Shown here: one piece after another, positions 1 to 10,214 of the stretch
Numbering within the stretch: the stretch's first letter is position 1
How the letters are laid out: each line of letters begins with the position of its first letter
Assembly: GCA_048270185.1 (NCBI GenBank)
Contig: JBLWTJ010000003.1
Coordinates: 96,001 to 160,000 of the forward strand
From: Bacteriovoracaceae bacterium
GTDB lineage: Bacteria > Bdellovibrionota > Bacteriovoracia > Bacteriovoracales > Bacteriovoracaceae
Length of the DNA stretch: 64,000 nucleotides
Direction: 5' to 3'
The notes under the pieces: model-generated
What the model was told of the DNA's origin: nothing
Seen by the model: the letters and a program-made list of their open reading frames with translations, nothing else
Database searches by the model: none
Program-made: the position numbers and the translations under genes

Positions 1-291
1 GCATCCTTTATTCCACTAAGTGGATTAATTATTTTTGGATATCGTAAGAAATTTTTAAATACTAATGAAACAAAAGATAATGGGGAGAGTCTTAGAGATT
101 TTAATATCGATCTTGTCGAGACTTTTATTCCAGCTATTTTTATCTTTGCCATTTTCCTTATAGAGGATGGATATAAAGCTATATTAAGTGGTTTATTCTT
201 TATTTTCTTAGTATATTCGTGGCGTAATTTTCTCGGTTTCTTAGTTTCGCCTTTCAGAATTGGTACTAAGAAAGCGAGGATTCATGAATAA
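1..291 (+). CDS. 3' end of a membrane protein, probably PepSY-associated TM helix family (partial)
   Basis: Frame 1 is open from base 1 to TAA 289-291 (ASFIPLSGLIIFGYRKK...ARIHE), with hydrophobic segments. The stop overlaps the next ATG. Family call rests on the LSGLI motif and siderophore context. Confidence 0.55.
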   Translation, partial: ASFIPLSGLIIFGYRKKFLNTNETKDNGESLRDFNIDLVETFIPAIFIFAIFLIEDGYKAILSGLFFIFLVYSWRNFLGFLVSPFRIGTKKARIHE

Positions 292-1438
292 ATTCTCTAA
301 AGCAATCTCGCTACTATGCTTGTTCTTTGGTGCTTCCCAAATGATATTACTAGGGCTCATTCCAAAAGTTGCGAGTGTCACTTTACTTCCTATTTCAACA
401 GTTTTGATTATTTATGGTTTATCGATTTTTATCTTCCTCTTTATGACTAGATTTTGGAGTCACAGGTTTTCATGCATAAGACCATCTTGGATTTATCGAA
501 TTGGGTTATGGGGAATCTTTAGCTCTTTTGTATTTCTTCTTGCTGCGTTTACTGTTCAAGATCCAAAAGCCGCCATTATTTTCTTTATCCTAGCTCGTCT
601 TACTCATGCGTCAACTGCTAGTTCAATTATGCCATTTTCTCAGACGGTCAAAATTGAAACTCGCCATGGAGTGCATCAAGGAGTCTTAGATACGACGATT
701 TTTCTCAATATTGGGCGACTTCTAGGTCTTGCTATTGGAGGCTTCTTTTCTTTTAATTCAATCACAAGCCTTCTTGTTTTAATGGGAATGATTATTTTGA
801 GTGCTCTACTTAGGTATGAAAGTAGTGAGGTTAAAATGAATCTTAGTGCCAATGAAGATATGTTGCCACAGGGTATCGGTGCATATTTTCTAATACCACT
901 TTGTTTCACAATTATTGTTTCGTTCTTTCATGCTTCAATTGTTGATATTATCTCAAACCTTGTTGATGGTGTTACGAAGCAATCGGCCCTAATTTATTCG
1001 AGTTTAGGTGCTGCCTCAGTTGCTATTGTACTTATTCAATTAGTTTTGAAGAAGCTAGACCTTATGAATTCACCAATAACAATCATGTTGGGTTCACTAA
1101 GTTATATTACAAGTTTTGTGGCATTTATCAATATATCTAATGTCGCAATGCTTGGGGTGTTCCTAATTCTATTTTCAATCGGTGTTGCGATTCTTCCTAT
1201 CTCATACATGGGCCATTTTTACTTTAGGTTCAATATGATCGCTAAACAAATTATTGCTGGGAAAATTAGTTTTTATCAAACACTTGGAAATGCTCTTGGT
1301 GCGCTAGTCGCAGGTCTTATTATTAAGGCACAAATTCAAAACTATATTCTTTTCATATTCATTATTCTTGTTTTGATAGGCACGACGGTTGTTGTTAATA
1401 ACATCAGTGAAAAAAATAATGAGGTTGTGCATGAATAA
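284..1438 (+). CDS. MFS transporter, likely siderophore exporter
   Basis: About 12 hydrophobic segments and an MFS-like ILARLTHA motif. ATG 284 follows GAGGA. Overlaps the siderophore synthetase gene. Confidence 0.75.
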   Translation: MNKFSKAISLLCLFFGASQMILLGLIPKVASVTLLPISTVLIIYGLSIFIFLFMTRFWSHRFSCIRPSWIYRIGLWGIFSSFVFLLAAFTVQDPKAAIIFFILARLTHASTASSIMPFSQTVKIETRHGVHQGVLDTTIFLNIGRLLGLAIGGFFSFNSITSLLVLMGMIILSALLRYESSEVKMNLSANEDMLPQGIGAYFLIPLCFTIIVSFFHASIVDIISNLVDGVTKQSALIYSSLGAASVAIVLIQLVLKKLDLMNSPITIMLGSLSYITSFVAFINISNVAMLGVFLILFSIGVAILPISYMGHFYFRFNMIAKQIIAGKISFYQTLGNALGALVAGLIIKAQIQNYILFIFIILVLIGTTVVVNNISEKNNEVVHE

Positions 1439-3641
1439 GGCAAATCGATATAGTTTAAAACCATTGCTAAATTCTTTTATTAGAGATTTTGGTAATGAAT
1501 TCGATCTTCAAATAACAAATAAAAGCTTAGTTATAAATATTGGTTCTTCTTTATTAAAATTTGGAATTGAAAAGTATTCTGCCCTAGGTTCACATTATTA
1601 TAATGGTGAAATTTCTTTTAATGGTGTAGATATTTCTTTTGAAGAATCACTTAAAAAACTAACTTCCTTGTTTAGTGAATGTGATGAAACATTTATTCCA
1701 AATATTATTAATTCCAGAGATAATATAGCGCTAATTTTAGCACAACATAATGAGCAGACTCTTAAAATAGATGACTATTTATCGAGCGAACAATTACTAC
1801 TTCTAGGACATCCATTTCATCCATACCCAAAGTGTAAGCTTGGAATGACTGTAGAAGATATGAGAAGCTATGCTCCAGAATTTCAAAACTCATTCAAATT
1901 GGTTTGGCTTAGTACAAATCTGAAAATGCTTTTTAGTGAATGCGATAAATCTGAACTTCAAGAGAAGCTTTTATCAGTCGCTGAATATGATTTGGCCGAG
2001 ATTAATGCGAATATGACTTATATTCCAATGCATCCATGGCAGTGGAATAATCTAAGAGAACGTGAAGATATTAAGCTCCTTCTTAGTCGTGAGACGATTC
2101 TAGAAATTGGAGAGGGAAGAAATGATTGGTACGCTCTTTCATCTCTTCGATCTATCTATAGTAAAGGAGCACCTTTTCAGCTTAAGTTCTCAATGGACGT
2201 GAAACTGACAAATTCTATTCGTCATCTAACTCCAATGGAAGCTATTCGCGGTAAACAAATGGAGACTGTCTTTACAAATGAAGGCGTGGCAAGCTTTAAT
2301 GATAAGTTTAAGATTTTAAATGAGGCATATTACGCTGCTCTTCTCGATAGCGAAGGTAATGAAATCATTGAATCGACTTTTCAACTAAGAGAGTCCTTTG
2401 ATAACAAAGACTGCTTACTACTTGCGAGTCTTGCTGAAATAAACCCATATACAGGTTCAACTCATCTAAGAGAAAGTATTGAAAATTCTGTCGAAATTAA
2501 TAAGCATCTAGCTCGTAAGAATTGGTTTGATGCCTTTTTAAAAAATGTTATTGGGCCTTTTCTTGACCTCGCAGACGAATACGGTGTTCTTCTTGGCGCC
2601 CACATGCAAAATATCATCCTAAAGATGGAAGATGGCCTGCCTATAGGAGTTATCTACCGCGATACACAAGGTACAGGCTTTACGTTAAAGGGCCTTGAGC
2701 AATACGGTGATAAGTATGATTTTATCAAAGATAGTAAGGGCAATATATTAGATCAAAATGATGTTAATAAAGTCTATACATACTATTTAATTATTAACTC
2801 CGTTTTCAATACGATCTGCGCTCTAGCAGATGGAAATTCGAAAGATGAAATTTATCATCTTTCACAATTTAGAAATTATATTTATTCAAGAAGAGATCAT
2901 TCAAGCTTCATTCATTACTTACTTGAAAGTGAAACATATTTTCAAAAAGGTAATTTCAGATGTTGTGTGACAAATATTAATGAAAATACAGTCGCTAATC
3001 CTTGGAATATCTATAACAAAATTGATAATCCAATTGTTAAGTACCTAAGAAGGCCACGTCAGTATGATGGTATTCTGTACGAAACAAGAACGGCCTCTGG
3101 TCATGATCTTCGTCTTCGTGCCCTTAATTTAGAAAGTGATATGGAAGTCTTTCACAAGTGGCACAATAAACCATTTGTTTATGAGTTCTGGGAAATGAAT
3201 AAACCTCTTAATGAGCTTCGTGGGTATGTTGAAGGCCTAAAGAAATCTCCTTACCAACTTCCAATAATTGTTGATATCGATGGAGAACAAGCGGGTTATT
3301 TTGAGGTTTACTGGGCCTATGATGATCGAATTGCTCCATATTGTAATGCTTCTTTATATGATCGTGGTATTCATATTCTTATTGGAGAAGAAAAGTATCT
3401 TAGAACGAAGGCCGTACTAGAATCAATCTATCATTTAACAAAATTCTTATTTGAAGATGAAAGTCGAACTCAAAAAGTTTGGGGTGAGCCTCGTGAAGAT
3501 AATAAGAAGGTTTTAAAGATCGCTGAGTATTTACCCGGTTGGAGTCATGTTGGTGTCTTTGACTTTCCTCATAAGAGATCAAATCTTTTAGAAGCGGAGC
3601 GCACGAGATTTTACGCAGAGGTAGGTGACAATGAATACTAG
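1431..3641 (+). CDS. iucA: IucA/IucC-family NIS synthetase fused to a C-terminal IucB/AlcB-type N-hydroxylysine acyltransferase
   Basis: N-part has EQLLLLGHPFHPYPK, IPMHPWQ, SSLRS, LTNSIR, AHMQN. C-part has FHKWHN, GYFEVYWAYDDRI, DRGIHILIGE, EPREDN, FDFPHKR. ATG 1431 follows GAGG. Confidence 0.9.
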   Translation: MNKANRYSLKPLLNSFIRDFGNEFDLQITNKSLVINIGSSLLKFGIEKYSALGSHYYNGEISFNGVDISFEESLKKLTSLFSECDETFIPNIINSRDNIALILAQHNEQTLKIDDYLSSEQLLLLGHPFHPYPKCKLGMTVEDMRSYAPEFQNSFKLVWLSTNLKMLFSECDKSELQEKLLSVAEYDLAEINANMTYIPMHPWQWNNLREREDIKLLLSRETILEIGEGRNDWYALSSLRSIYSKGAPFQLKFSMDVKLTNSIRHLTPMEAIRGKQMETVFTNEGVASFNDKFKILNEAYYAALLDSEGNEIIESTFQLRESFDNKDCLLLASLAEINPYTGSTHLRESIENSVEINKHLARKNWFDAFLKNVIGPFLDLADEYGVLLGAHMQNIILKMEDGLPIGVIYRDTQGTGFTLKGLEQYGDKYDFIKDSKGNILDQNDVNKVYTYYLIINSVFNTICALADGNSKDEIYHLSQFRNYIYSRRDHSSFIHYLLESETYFQKGNFRCCVTNINENTVANPWNIYNKIDNPIVKYLRRPRQYDGILYETRTASGHDLRLRALNLESDMEVFHKWHNKPFVYEFWEMNKPLNELRGYVEGLKKSPYQLPIIVDIDGEQAGYFEVYWAYDDRIAPYCNASLYDRGIHILIGEEKYLRTKAVLESIYHLTKFLFEDESRTQKVWGEPREDNKKVLKIAEYLPGWSHVGVFDFPHKRSNLLEAERTRFYAEVGDNEY

Positions 3642-5382
3642 GGCCATCTTCTTTAATAAACATAAAAGCTTAATTATTAAGGCCATTGAAGAACTTCAAT
3701 TTGAAGAGCTTTTTACTATTGAAGAGATTAATGGTTCCTATAAGCTTAGATGTAGTGATGAGATTTCATATATATTTGATGGACGAATTAGTGTTTGGGG
3801 AAACCTGCAAATCCAAGCTGTAAGCTTTAAGAAGATTGTTAGTGGGGAAGAAGTTTTCGAGTACACTTTGGCCGATTTCTTCTACGAGACGCAAGATTTG
3901 ACAAAAATGACAGATGAAACGCTTGCACAATTCATTGAAGAAGGTAATCAGACAATATGTGGTGATATGCTTCAACACCAATCTCTTCTAGATTTAAACC
4001 TTTCTGAGATTTCAGGGCTTAACTTTAAAAAAGTTGATCAAATTCTTACGGGACACCCTAAGATCATAATGAATAAGGGCCGTATTGGTTGGGGCAAGGA
4101 TGAGCTAGAGAAGTATGCTCCTGAGGCCAGACAAAGTTATAAGCTCCACTGGTGCGCTATTAAGAAAGACTGTCTTGATTTTGGCCTTGATCTAAGTAAG
4201 CTATCTTTTACTGATATTCTAAAGGACTCTTTAAGTGATAGTGAAATTGTCTACGCTAAGAATATTATTGCTAAGGCAGGTGAAAATTTTGAAGACTATC
4301 TAATCGTGCCAATTCATCCCTGGCAGTGGAGTAAGTACATAAGTATACAATTTGCTGCTTTAATATATCGTCGTTCAATAATTTCAATAGGACGAATCGG
4401 TAATGATTACACTCCACAGGTATCAATTCGTACACTGTCGTCATGTTGTAATAAGAGCAAATACGATGTGAAATTGGCCATTTCAATCCTTAATACCTCT
4501 AGTGTGAGAGGAATTCCTCAAAAGTATATTAAGAATGGGTATCTGCTAAGTGAGAAGATTGAGCAAGTTATTATACAAGATGATTTACTCTCACAAAAAG
4601 TTGGAGTCCTAAAAGAGGTTGCAGCTGTTAGTTGTCCGGCGCCAGAGTTTAATCGTATTACAGGTGGTTCATATCGCTATAAAGAATTACTTGGTTGTGT
4701 ATGGCGAGAGAATGTTGAAGCTAAAATAGATGAAGATGAAATTGCAGTTCCAACGGCGGCCCTCTTACTAACAAAAAATAACGAGTCGCTAATCGGAAAG
4801 TATATTGAACAATCAAAGCTTTCAATTGAGCAGTGGTTAAAAGAATATTTTAAAGCTGTAGTGATTCCACTTTATCACTTACAGGCCGAGCATGGGTTAG
4901 GACTTGTGGCCCATGGACAAAATACAATTTTAGTTCTGAGAGAGGGGATCCCTCAGAAATTAATTATAAAAGACTTTCATGGTGATTTTAGAATAACGAC
5001 AGATTCAAAACACCTTGATGTTGATTTTGGAGTCGAACTCGATCAGTTACCTCCAGAGTATTTAATCCATGATCTTATCACTGGTCATTTTATTACTCTC
5101 TTGCGCTACCTATCTCGAGTTGTTGAAGAAACTCTAAGCTTTAAAGAAGTCGACTTTTATCACTTGATGGGAGAAGTGGTAGAAGCCTACGAAGAAGAAC
5201 ATATTGTTAATCCAAAGATTAGCTTACTTCGAAAAGACTTTGAAAAGGTCTTGGTAAATTCTGTGCGTTTTCAAGCTGGTTACAGTGAAACAGGGCAAAG
5301 ACTTAAACCAATGCTTGGAAGAAATATTAAAAACCCATTACTGTCGAATCAAACTAGAGGAAAAAATGCAAAATACTTATGA
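3631..5382 (+). CDS. iucC: IucC-like NIS siderophore synthetase
   Basis: GHPKIIMNKGRIGW, VPIHPWQW, QVSIRTL, NTSSVRG, AHGQN, KDFHGD, LIHDLITGHF motifs. Confidence 0.9.
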   Translation: MNTRAIFFNKHKSLIIKAIEELQFEELFTIEEINGSYKLRCSDEISYIFDGRISVWGNLQIQAVSFKKIVSGEEVFEYTLADFFYETQDLTKMTDETLAQFIEEGNQTICGDMLQHQSLLDLNLSEISGLNFKKVDQILTGHPKIIMNKGRIGWGKDELEKYAPEARQSYKLHWCAIKKDCLDFGLDLSKLSFTDILKDSLSDSEIVYAKNIIAKAGENFEDYLIVPIHPWQWSKYISIQFAALIYRRSIISIGRIGNDYTPQVSIRTLSSCCNKSKYDVKLAISILNTSSVRGIPQKYIKNGYLLSEKIEQVIIQDDLLSQKVGVLKEVAAVSCPAPEFNRITGGSYRYKELLGCVWRENVEAKIDEDEIAVPTAALLLTKNNESLIGKYIEQSKLSIEQWLKEYFKAVVIPLYHLQAEHGLGLVAHGQNTILVLREGIPQKLIIKDFHGDFRITTDSKHLDVDFGVELDQLPPEYLIHDLITGHFITLLRYLSRVVEETLSFKEVDFYHLMGEVVEAYEEEHIVNPKISLLRKDFEKVLVNSVRFQAGYSETGQRLKPMLGRNIKNPLLSNQTRGKNAKYL

Positions 5383-6637
5383 TATCGTTGGGATCGGATT
5401 GGGGCCTTTTAACCTAAGCTTAGCTGCTTTATTAAACCCTATAAGTTCTGTTAAAAAGAAATTCTTAGATAATAAACCTGAATTTAGTTGGCACCCTGAG
5501 CTTATGTTTGGTGATGCGATGATGCAAACTTCATTTCTAAAAGATCTAGTTACACCTGTGGACCCAAAGAGTTCTTTTAGTTTCTTAAATTACTTAGTTG
5601 AAAATGGACAATTCTATCACTTCTTAAATACTGACCGTAAGGCGATTAATCGCTATGAGTTTCAAGACTATTGTAAGTGGGTATCAAAACAACTCGGCAA
5701 GGATATCAACTTTAATTCAAGAGTAATTGATGTCAAACATGACGGTGAAAAATTTGAAGTTATAAAAGAAGATGGTAGCTACTTTACAAAGAATCTCTGT
5801 GTTGCTTCAGGGCCGACAAAGAATATCCCTGATTGTGCTGAAGATTATCTTTCAAATACATTATTTCATGCAAAATCTAAGTATATGAAGAATTTAGATC
5901 TTACTGGAAAACGCGTCGTTGTCATCGGTGGGGGACAAACTGGTGTTGAAACTTTTAGAAATGCGTTAAACGGTATGTGGGGAAGAGTTGAAAATGTAAA
6001 ACTTCTTTCTGGAAGACATAATCTTCAACCTCTTGATGAAGCTCCATTTACAAATGAAGTTTTCACTCCGGATTTCGTTCTAAACTTCCACTCACTTCCT
6101 CAAGAGCAGAAAGACTCTTATACACAAAGTCAACTTCTTGCAAGTGATGGGAACACTCCTCAGTACCTACAGGAGATGTATAACGAGTTATATCTCGATC
6201 GTTTCTATCTTAAGAAACTTCCTGAGTATACAATTGCTCCGATGCGTTGGTTACAAGCAGTTGAAAAACAAGATGAAGTTTACCAACTATCAATTGAAAA
6301 TCTTTTAAATAAAGATATTGAAAAGATCGAAGCAGACGTTGTTATTCTTGCTACTGGTTTTAAAAGTGTATTACCAAGCTTCCTCGATGGATTAAGTGAA
6401 AATATTGCTAAGGATGCACAAGGGCGAATCGTGGTTAACCAAGACTATAGCCTACAGACAAATATCACAAATGGAAAAATCTATACAATGAACTTTAGCC
6501 GTCATGGGCACGGGATTGCAGACCCTCAAACGAGTCTTATGTCTTGGCGTTCGGCCATGATTGCTAATGATCTCATTGGTACCACACAATATACAACAAT
6601 GAATTCTGGAGAAAGCTTTTTAAGCTTCTTTAACTAA
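5366..6637 (+). CDS. iucD: L-lysine N6-monooxygenase (IucD/SidA family)
   Basis: GIGLGPFNLSLAAL FAD motif, MQTSFLKDLVT, GGGQTG NADPH motif, VILATGF. ATG 5366 follows GAGG. Confidence 0.92.
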   Translation: MQNTYDIVGIGLGPFNLSLAALLNPISSVKKKFLDNKPEFSWHPELMFGDAMMQTSFLKDLVTPVDPKSSFSFLNYLVENGQFYHFLNTDRKAINRYEFQDYCKWVSKQLGKDINFNSRVIDVKHDGEKFEVIKEDGSYFTKNLCVASGPTKNIPDCAEDYLSNTLFHAKSKYMKNLDLTGKRVVVIGGGQTGVETFRNALNGMWGRVENVKLLSGRHNLQPLDEAPFTNEVFTPDFVLNFHSLPQEQKDSYTQSQLLASDGNTPQYLQEMYNELYLDRFYLKKLPEYTIAPMRWLQAVEKQDEVYQLSIENLLNKDIEKIEADVVILATGFKSVLPSFLDGLSENIAKDAQGRIVVNQDYSLQTNITNGKIYTMNFSRHGHGIADPQTSLMSWRSAMIANDLIGTTQYTTMNSGESFLSFFN

Positions 6638-6658
6638 AACAGAGTAAACGGAGAGAAA

Positions 6659-7600
6659 ATGAAACTAGTAATTTTGATGCTTATTTCTTCTCTGACATTT
6701 GCAGCGACAGATAAAGCAGCAAAGTCCCAAGGAGAAGTTAAAAACAAATCATTTAACACAAAAGAAGAAGTTCTTGATAACCCAACTTTAAAGACTCTAT
6801 CAGGCTCTTTAAAAAGATGGTCTTTCTATTCTTCATTTAAGTACAATGCTGGAGCACTTGATAATCTAAATGACGCTGAAAGACCGAATATCAGAAATGC
6901 AGGGAATACAACTTCACTTACAAATTTTACAGGAAACCTTGGGGTTAAGTATCGTCTGTCTAAGTCAGATAACTTATCTCTACAAGTTGGGCTCGAGAAG
7001 AAAGCACCTTTTCACGATAATGTTGATTCAGATAATACAACAGTTCAATATGAGCTTGATACTTATGGAGATAGTTTAAATATAGATAACCCGGTTCTAA
7101 GTTACTTTAAAACATACTATCTTGCAGGAATTCAAAACGTAACATTTCTTCAATATCAATATGCGACTTGGGACTATTACCAAGATTTAGGGATTAATTC
7201 AGTCTTTAATTTAAGTCATTCTCTTGCGTATAAAGTATGGAAAGCTGCTTATGTTGCTGTTTCTGCAAATGCGACACAGTACTTCTATGATAAGAATACC
7301 ATCTCATATAATGGGTTTGAGATTGCTGGACGTGATAGACAGGTTAATCGTTCTTTCTCATTTAGTTTAGCAGGGGAGCTATACTTCTCTCGCTCACTGT
7401 CTCTTAGGATGATCACTGACCTATACACGGCCGATCATTACAGAAGTGATCGAATTAAAGAAAAAGTATTACAACAAACAGTTGCTATGACTTACTTCTT
7501 TACACGTGATATTTCGATTGCACCAAATATTCGTTTTATTGCAGAAGATATCAGAGCTGAGCGTACAAATGTAGGTCTTACAATGAATGTAAACCTATAG
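6659..7600 (+). CDS. Exported protein, probable outer-membrane beta-barrel
   Basis: Signal peptide, alternating aromatic/polar strands, C-terminal NVGLTMNVNL. Last gene before the terminator. Confidence 0.6.
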   Translation: MKLVILMLISSLTFAATDKAAKSQGEVKNKSFNTKEEVLDNPTLKTLSGSLKRWSFYSSFKYNAGALDNLNDAERPNIRNAGNTTSLTNFTGNLGVKYRLSKSDNLSLQVGLEKKAPFHDNVDSDNTTVQYELDTYGDSLNIDNPVLSYFKTYYLAGIQNVTFLQYQYATWDYYQDLGINSVFNLSHSLAYKVWKAAYVAVSANATQYFYDKNTISYNGFEIAGRDRQVNRSFSFSLAGELYFSRSLSLRMITDLYTADHYRSDRIKEKVLQQTVAMTYFFTRDISIAPNIRFIAEDIRAERTNVGLTMNVNL

Positions 7601-7607
7601 AAAATAT

Positions 7608-7631
7608 AAAGGCCTCATTTAAGAGGCCTTT
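7608..7631. terminator. Bidirectional intrinsic terminator
   Basis: AAAGGCCTC-ATTTAA-GAGGCCTTT between convergent genes. Confidence 0.85.
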
Positions 7632-7634
7632 TTA

Positions 7635-8654
7635 TTATGAAATTTCAAAATCATCGTGTCCTGGAATATCTTCTGGATGAGGTTCAACGATATCGACTCC
7701 TAGGTGGAGAATCCTTGTACCAGCATCACAATTAGGCCTAACATTCTTTCCAATGACAACACCTTCACGATTAGCACAGATTACTTCTTTAACTTGTCCA
7801 AAGACATCATAGACTTTAGCGATAACTTGTCCCTTTTCAACTTTATCCGCAAGTTTTGGTAGCACATCCACGATTCCACCTTTTGTCGAATAGATCCAAT
7901 ATGATTTATCACAGACGATCGTATCGGTAATGAGATCATGTACTTCACCTTCAATCATTTTAAAGTAGCGTAGGGTATTTAGAATTCCGTCAAGTGTCTC
8001 GTCAATGAGAGCGTGTTGAAATGCATTGGGATTTCCTATTTCAACTGTGATGGCATGAATGCCATTGTCATTGGCCCACGATCTTAATGTCCCTTCTTCA
8101 TCGTATTTTTGAACGATGATTTGTGGGTTCTGTAGGAAGGCAAGAGTTCTTGTTTCTTCTTTCTCTAGATCTGCTCGTAAGTAGAGACTGTTAACTCGGC
8201 CGTGGCTCGCTGTGTGTAGATCCAGTAGATAGTCGAATTTCGAGACAATTTTTTGAGTGAAGTAGTGAGCATAGATATTACTGGTATTGCCTTGAAGCTT
8301 TCCAGGCATAATTCTATTTAGATCCACGTTATCAGAGAAGTAGCGTTGGTTGGCAAGGTAGCCTGGAACGTTACTAATTGGAACCATAATTAGAGTACCA
8401 TTTAATTTTTTTGGATCAATCTCTTCAATTAGCTTGAAGATTGTTGATATTCCATTAAGCTCATTCCCGTGTATCGCTGCTGTGATACCAAAAACGGGAC
8501 CTTCACCTGAACCTTTAACAATTATTAAAGGTACTCGCCATGGAACTCCTAGAGAATTATCTGAGAGATGAATTTGCAGTCGGTGAACCTCTCCCTTTGC
8601 AAATGAGTTTAGGTCTATTTCTTCAGTTGTTTTTATTATTTGAATATCGCCCAT
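7635..8654 (-). CDS. Succinylglutamate desuccinylase/aspartoacylase family (M14) Zn hydrolase
   Basis: HGNE zinc motif, DLNR, DLHT, TVEIG catalytic Glu, and a C-terminal biotinyl-lipoyl-like region. Confidence 0.9.
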   Translation of the reverse strand: MGDIQIIKTTEEIDLNSFAKGEVHRLQIHLSDNSLGVPWRVPLIIVKGSGEGPVFGITAAIHGNELNGISTIFKLIEEIDPKKLNGTLIMVPISNVPGYLANQRYFSDNVDLNRIMPGKLQGNTSNIYAHYFTQKIVSKFDYLLDLHTASHGRVNSLYLRADLEKEETRTLAFLQNPQIIVQKYDEEGTLRSWANDNGIHAITVEIGNPNAFQHALIDETLDGILNTLRYFKMIEGEVHDLITDTIVCDKSYWIYSTKGGIVDVLPKLADKVEKGQVIAKVYDVFGQVKEVICANREGVVIGKNVRPNCDAGTRILHLGVDIVEPHPEDIPGHDDFEIS

Positions 8655-8667
8655 AATATTTACCTAA

Positions 8668-10101
8668 TTAAATCATAATCTCACTAAATAATGACTTATC
8701 ATTATCTAGGGATTGGAAGAGTTTACTTCTAAAAGTACCTTTCTTACTTGTTAGTTGTATTGCCATTTTATCAATTGCAACAATTGTTAAAATTGTTTGG
8801 ATATAGGCTTCAATAAGGTCATCTGTTCCAATACCAAGTGAATTAAAATCTTTTTGATCCATGAGCATAAGTCTTGACGTATCTGAGTCCCATTGGTTTT
8901 CACCTACTTTTACCGATAAGTTTGTCCCAAGAACATTCCAGCTATCTTCAGGGTACTTTGACTCAAGTGGTGTTCTTGCTCGTCTTGCATAAATTGCACA
9001 AGGCATGAAACCTTTCGGTGATGAATAAACCATCAGTCTTAGGTCGGCGATGTAAATATTTCCCTTCTTATTAGGAACAGTTCCGATATGAAAGAATTTA
9101 CCATGCTGACTAGTCGAACTCCATTCATAGTGACCAATTAAGCTTTGTACGATGAACTGATCGTATTGATAATCCATTTGCATGAAAGCATCGAGTTCTT
9201 CTTGATTCGTTATAGTAAAGACTCCTTGTCCTGCATTAGAATAAGGAATTTTAATAACGGCCTTGCCACCAAACTTTTGTACCCATAGTGGTATTTCTAG
9301 TTTTCCTACGTCTTTAATTGTTTCAGGAACTTGAATTTTTAAACCTGATTCAGCAATCTCTGAGTTGTAAAGTTCATAAGCTTTATTAGCGAGAAGTTTG
9401 TTACGTCCTCCAGAAAGACAAACAAGAGTTGAGTTATAGATAAAAGTTTTAGTTGTGGTAGGAATTCGATTCCACGGCTTTTGTGTAACATAACGAAATG
9501 CCGCACTAATAGGAACTTCTTTACCATTTTCTAATGTGATAATCATCACTCCATCTTCGAATCTTGTGTACTGCTCTTCTCCGTGAAAGTGGGGAACGAG
9601 ATAGACATCTTCACCTGTAAGATCTGCTAGTGTTGACGCATATCCAGAAGTTTCCATATAGTTCTTATCGTAGATTACTGCTAGTGCACCCTTAGGTAAT
9701 TTCTTTTTCTTCTTTTTTAAAGCGGGAAGGAATGAATTCTCAATAAGGAATTTATAACCACGATGTTCGTCTGAATCAGTTCTTGGTGGCATCGACTTTT
9801 GTCCTGATGGGCAAGAGTTTGTTTCGAGAACAACCATGCGACGATTACCTTGTTCAGTTGTAACATAGAATAGATCTGATCCCCCCCAGAAGAAGTGCTT
9901 ACATTCATAATTAAGAATTTCTCTCAGGGTATTTGTATCTATTTGTGGGTTTAGATGACTATATCTTTTAATAACTCTTTCGTGATCGAGATTTAGAAAG
10001 TGACTCACGAGAGGGTGTAGTTGAGAATTTAGTGCTTTTGGGTAGAAATGGTGCTCTTGTTCAAAATGATCAGGTTTAATGACCTCAATTCTTCTCTTCA
10101 A
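8668..10101 (-). CDS. Circularly permuted ATP-grasp amidoligase
   Basis: D...VLETNSCPSG near the N-terminus, followed by KIPYSNAGQGV, FIVQSLI and DLR. TTG start follows GGAG. Confidence 0.75.
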   Translation of the reverse strand: MKRRIEVIKPDHFEQEHHFYPKALNSQLHPLVSHFLNLDHERVIKRYSHLNPQIDTNTLREILNYECKHFFWGGSDLFYVTTEQGNRRMVVLETNSCPSGQKSMPPRTDSDEHRGYKFLIENSFLPALKKKKKKLPKGALAVIYDKNYMETSGYASTLADLTGEDVYLVPHFHGEEQYTRFEDGVMIITLENGKEVPISAAFRYVTQKPWNRIPTTTKTFIYNSTLVCLSGGRNKLLANKAYELYNSEIAESGLKIQVPETIKDVGKLEIPLWVQKFGGKAVIKIPYSNAGQGVFTITNQEELDAFMQMDYQYDQFIVQSLIGHYEWSSTSQHGKFFHIGTVPNKKGNIYIADLRLMVYSSPKGFMPCAIYARRARTPLESKYPEDSWNVLGTNLSVKVGENQWDSDTSRLMLMDQKDFNSLGIGTDDLIEAYIQTILTIVAIDKMAIQLTSKKGTFRSKLFQSLDNDKSLFSEIMI

Positions 10102-10214
10102 ATTAACTCCGAATAAATTGCAAATATTAATGGGTTAATTATAATCCTATAACTTAAATTCGTAGCTAATAATTTTTTTAAATTCTAATAAAAGATAAAT
10201 TATGTCGGCCAATG

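Noticed and set aside
1..7600. Fur box for the siderophore operon
   Set aside because: None seen. The operon promoter lies upstream of the window.
8668..10101. RimK or classical graspetide ATP-grasp
   Set aside because: The motif order is permuted (ExN is N-terminal), and no S/T-x-D/E repeat precursor is nearby.
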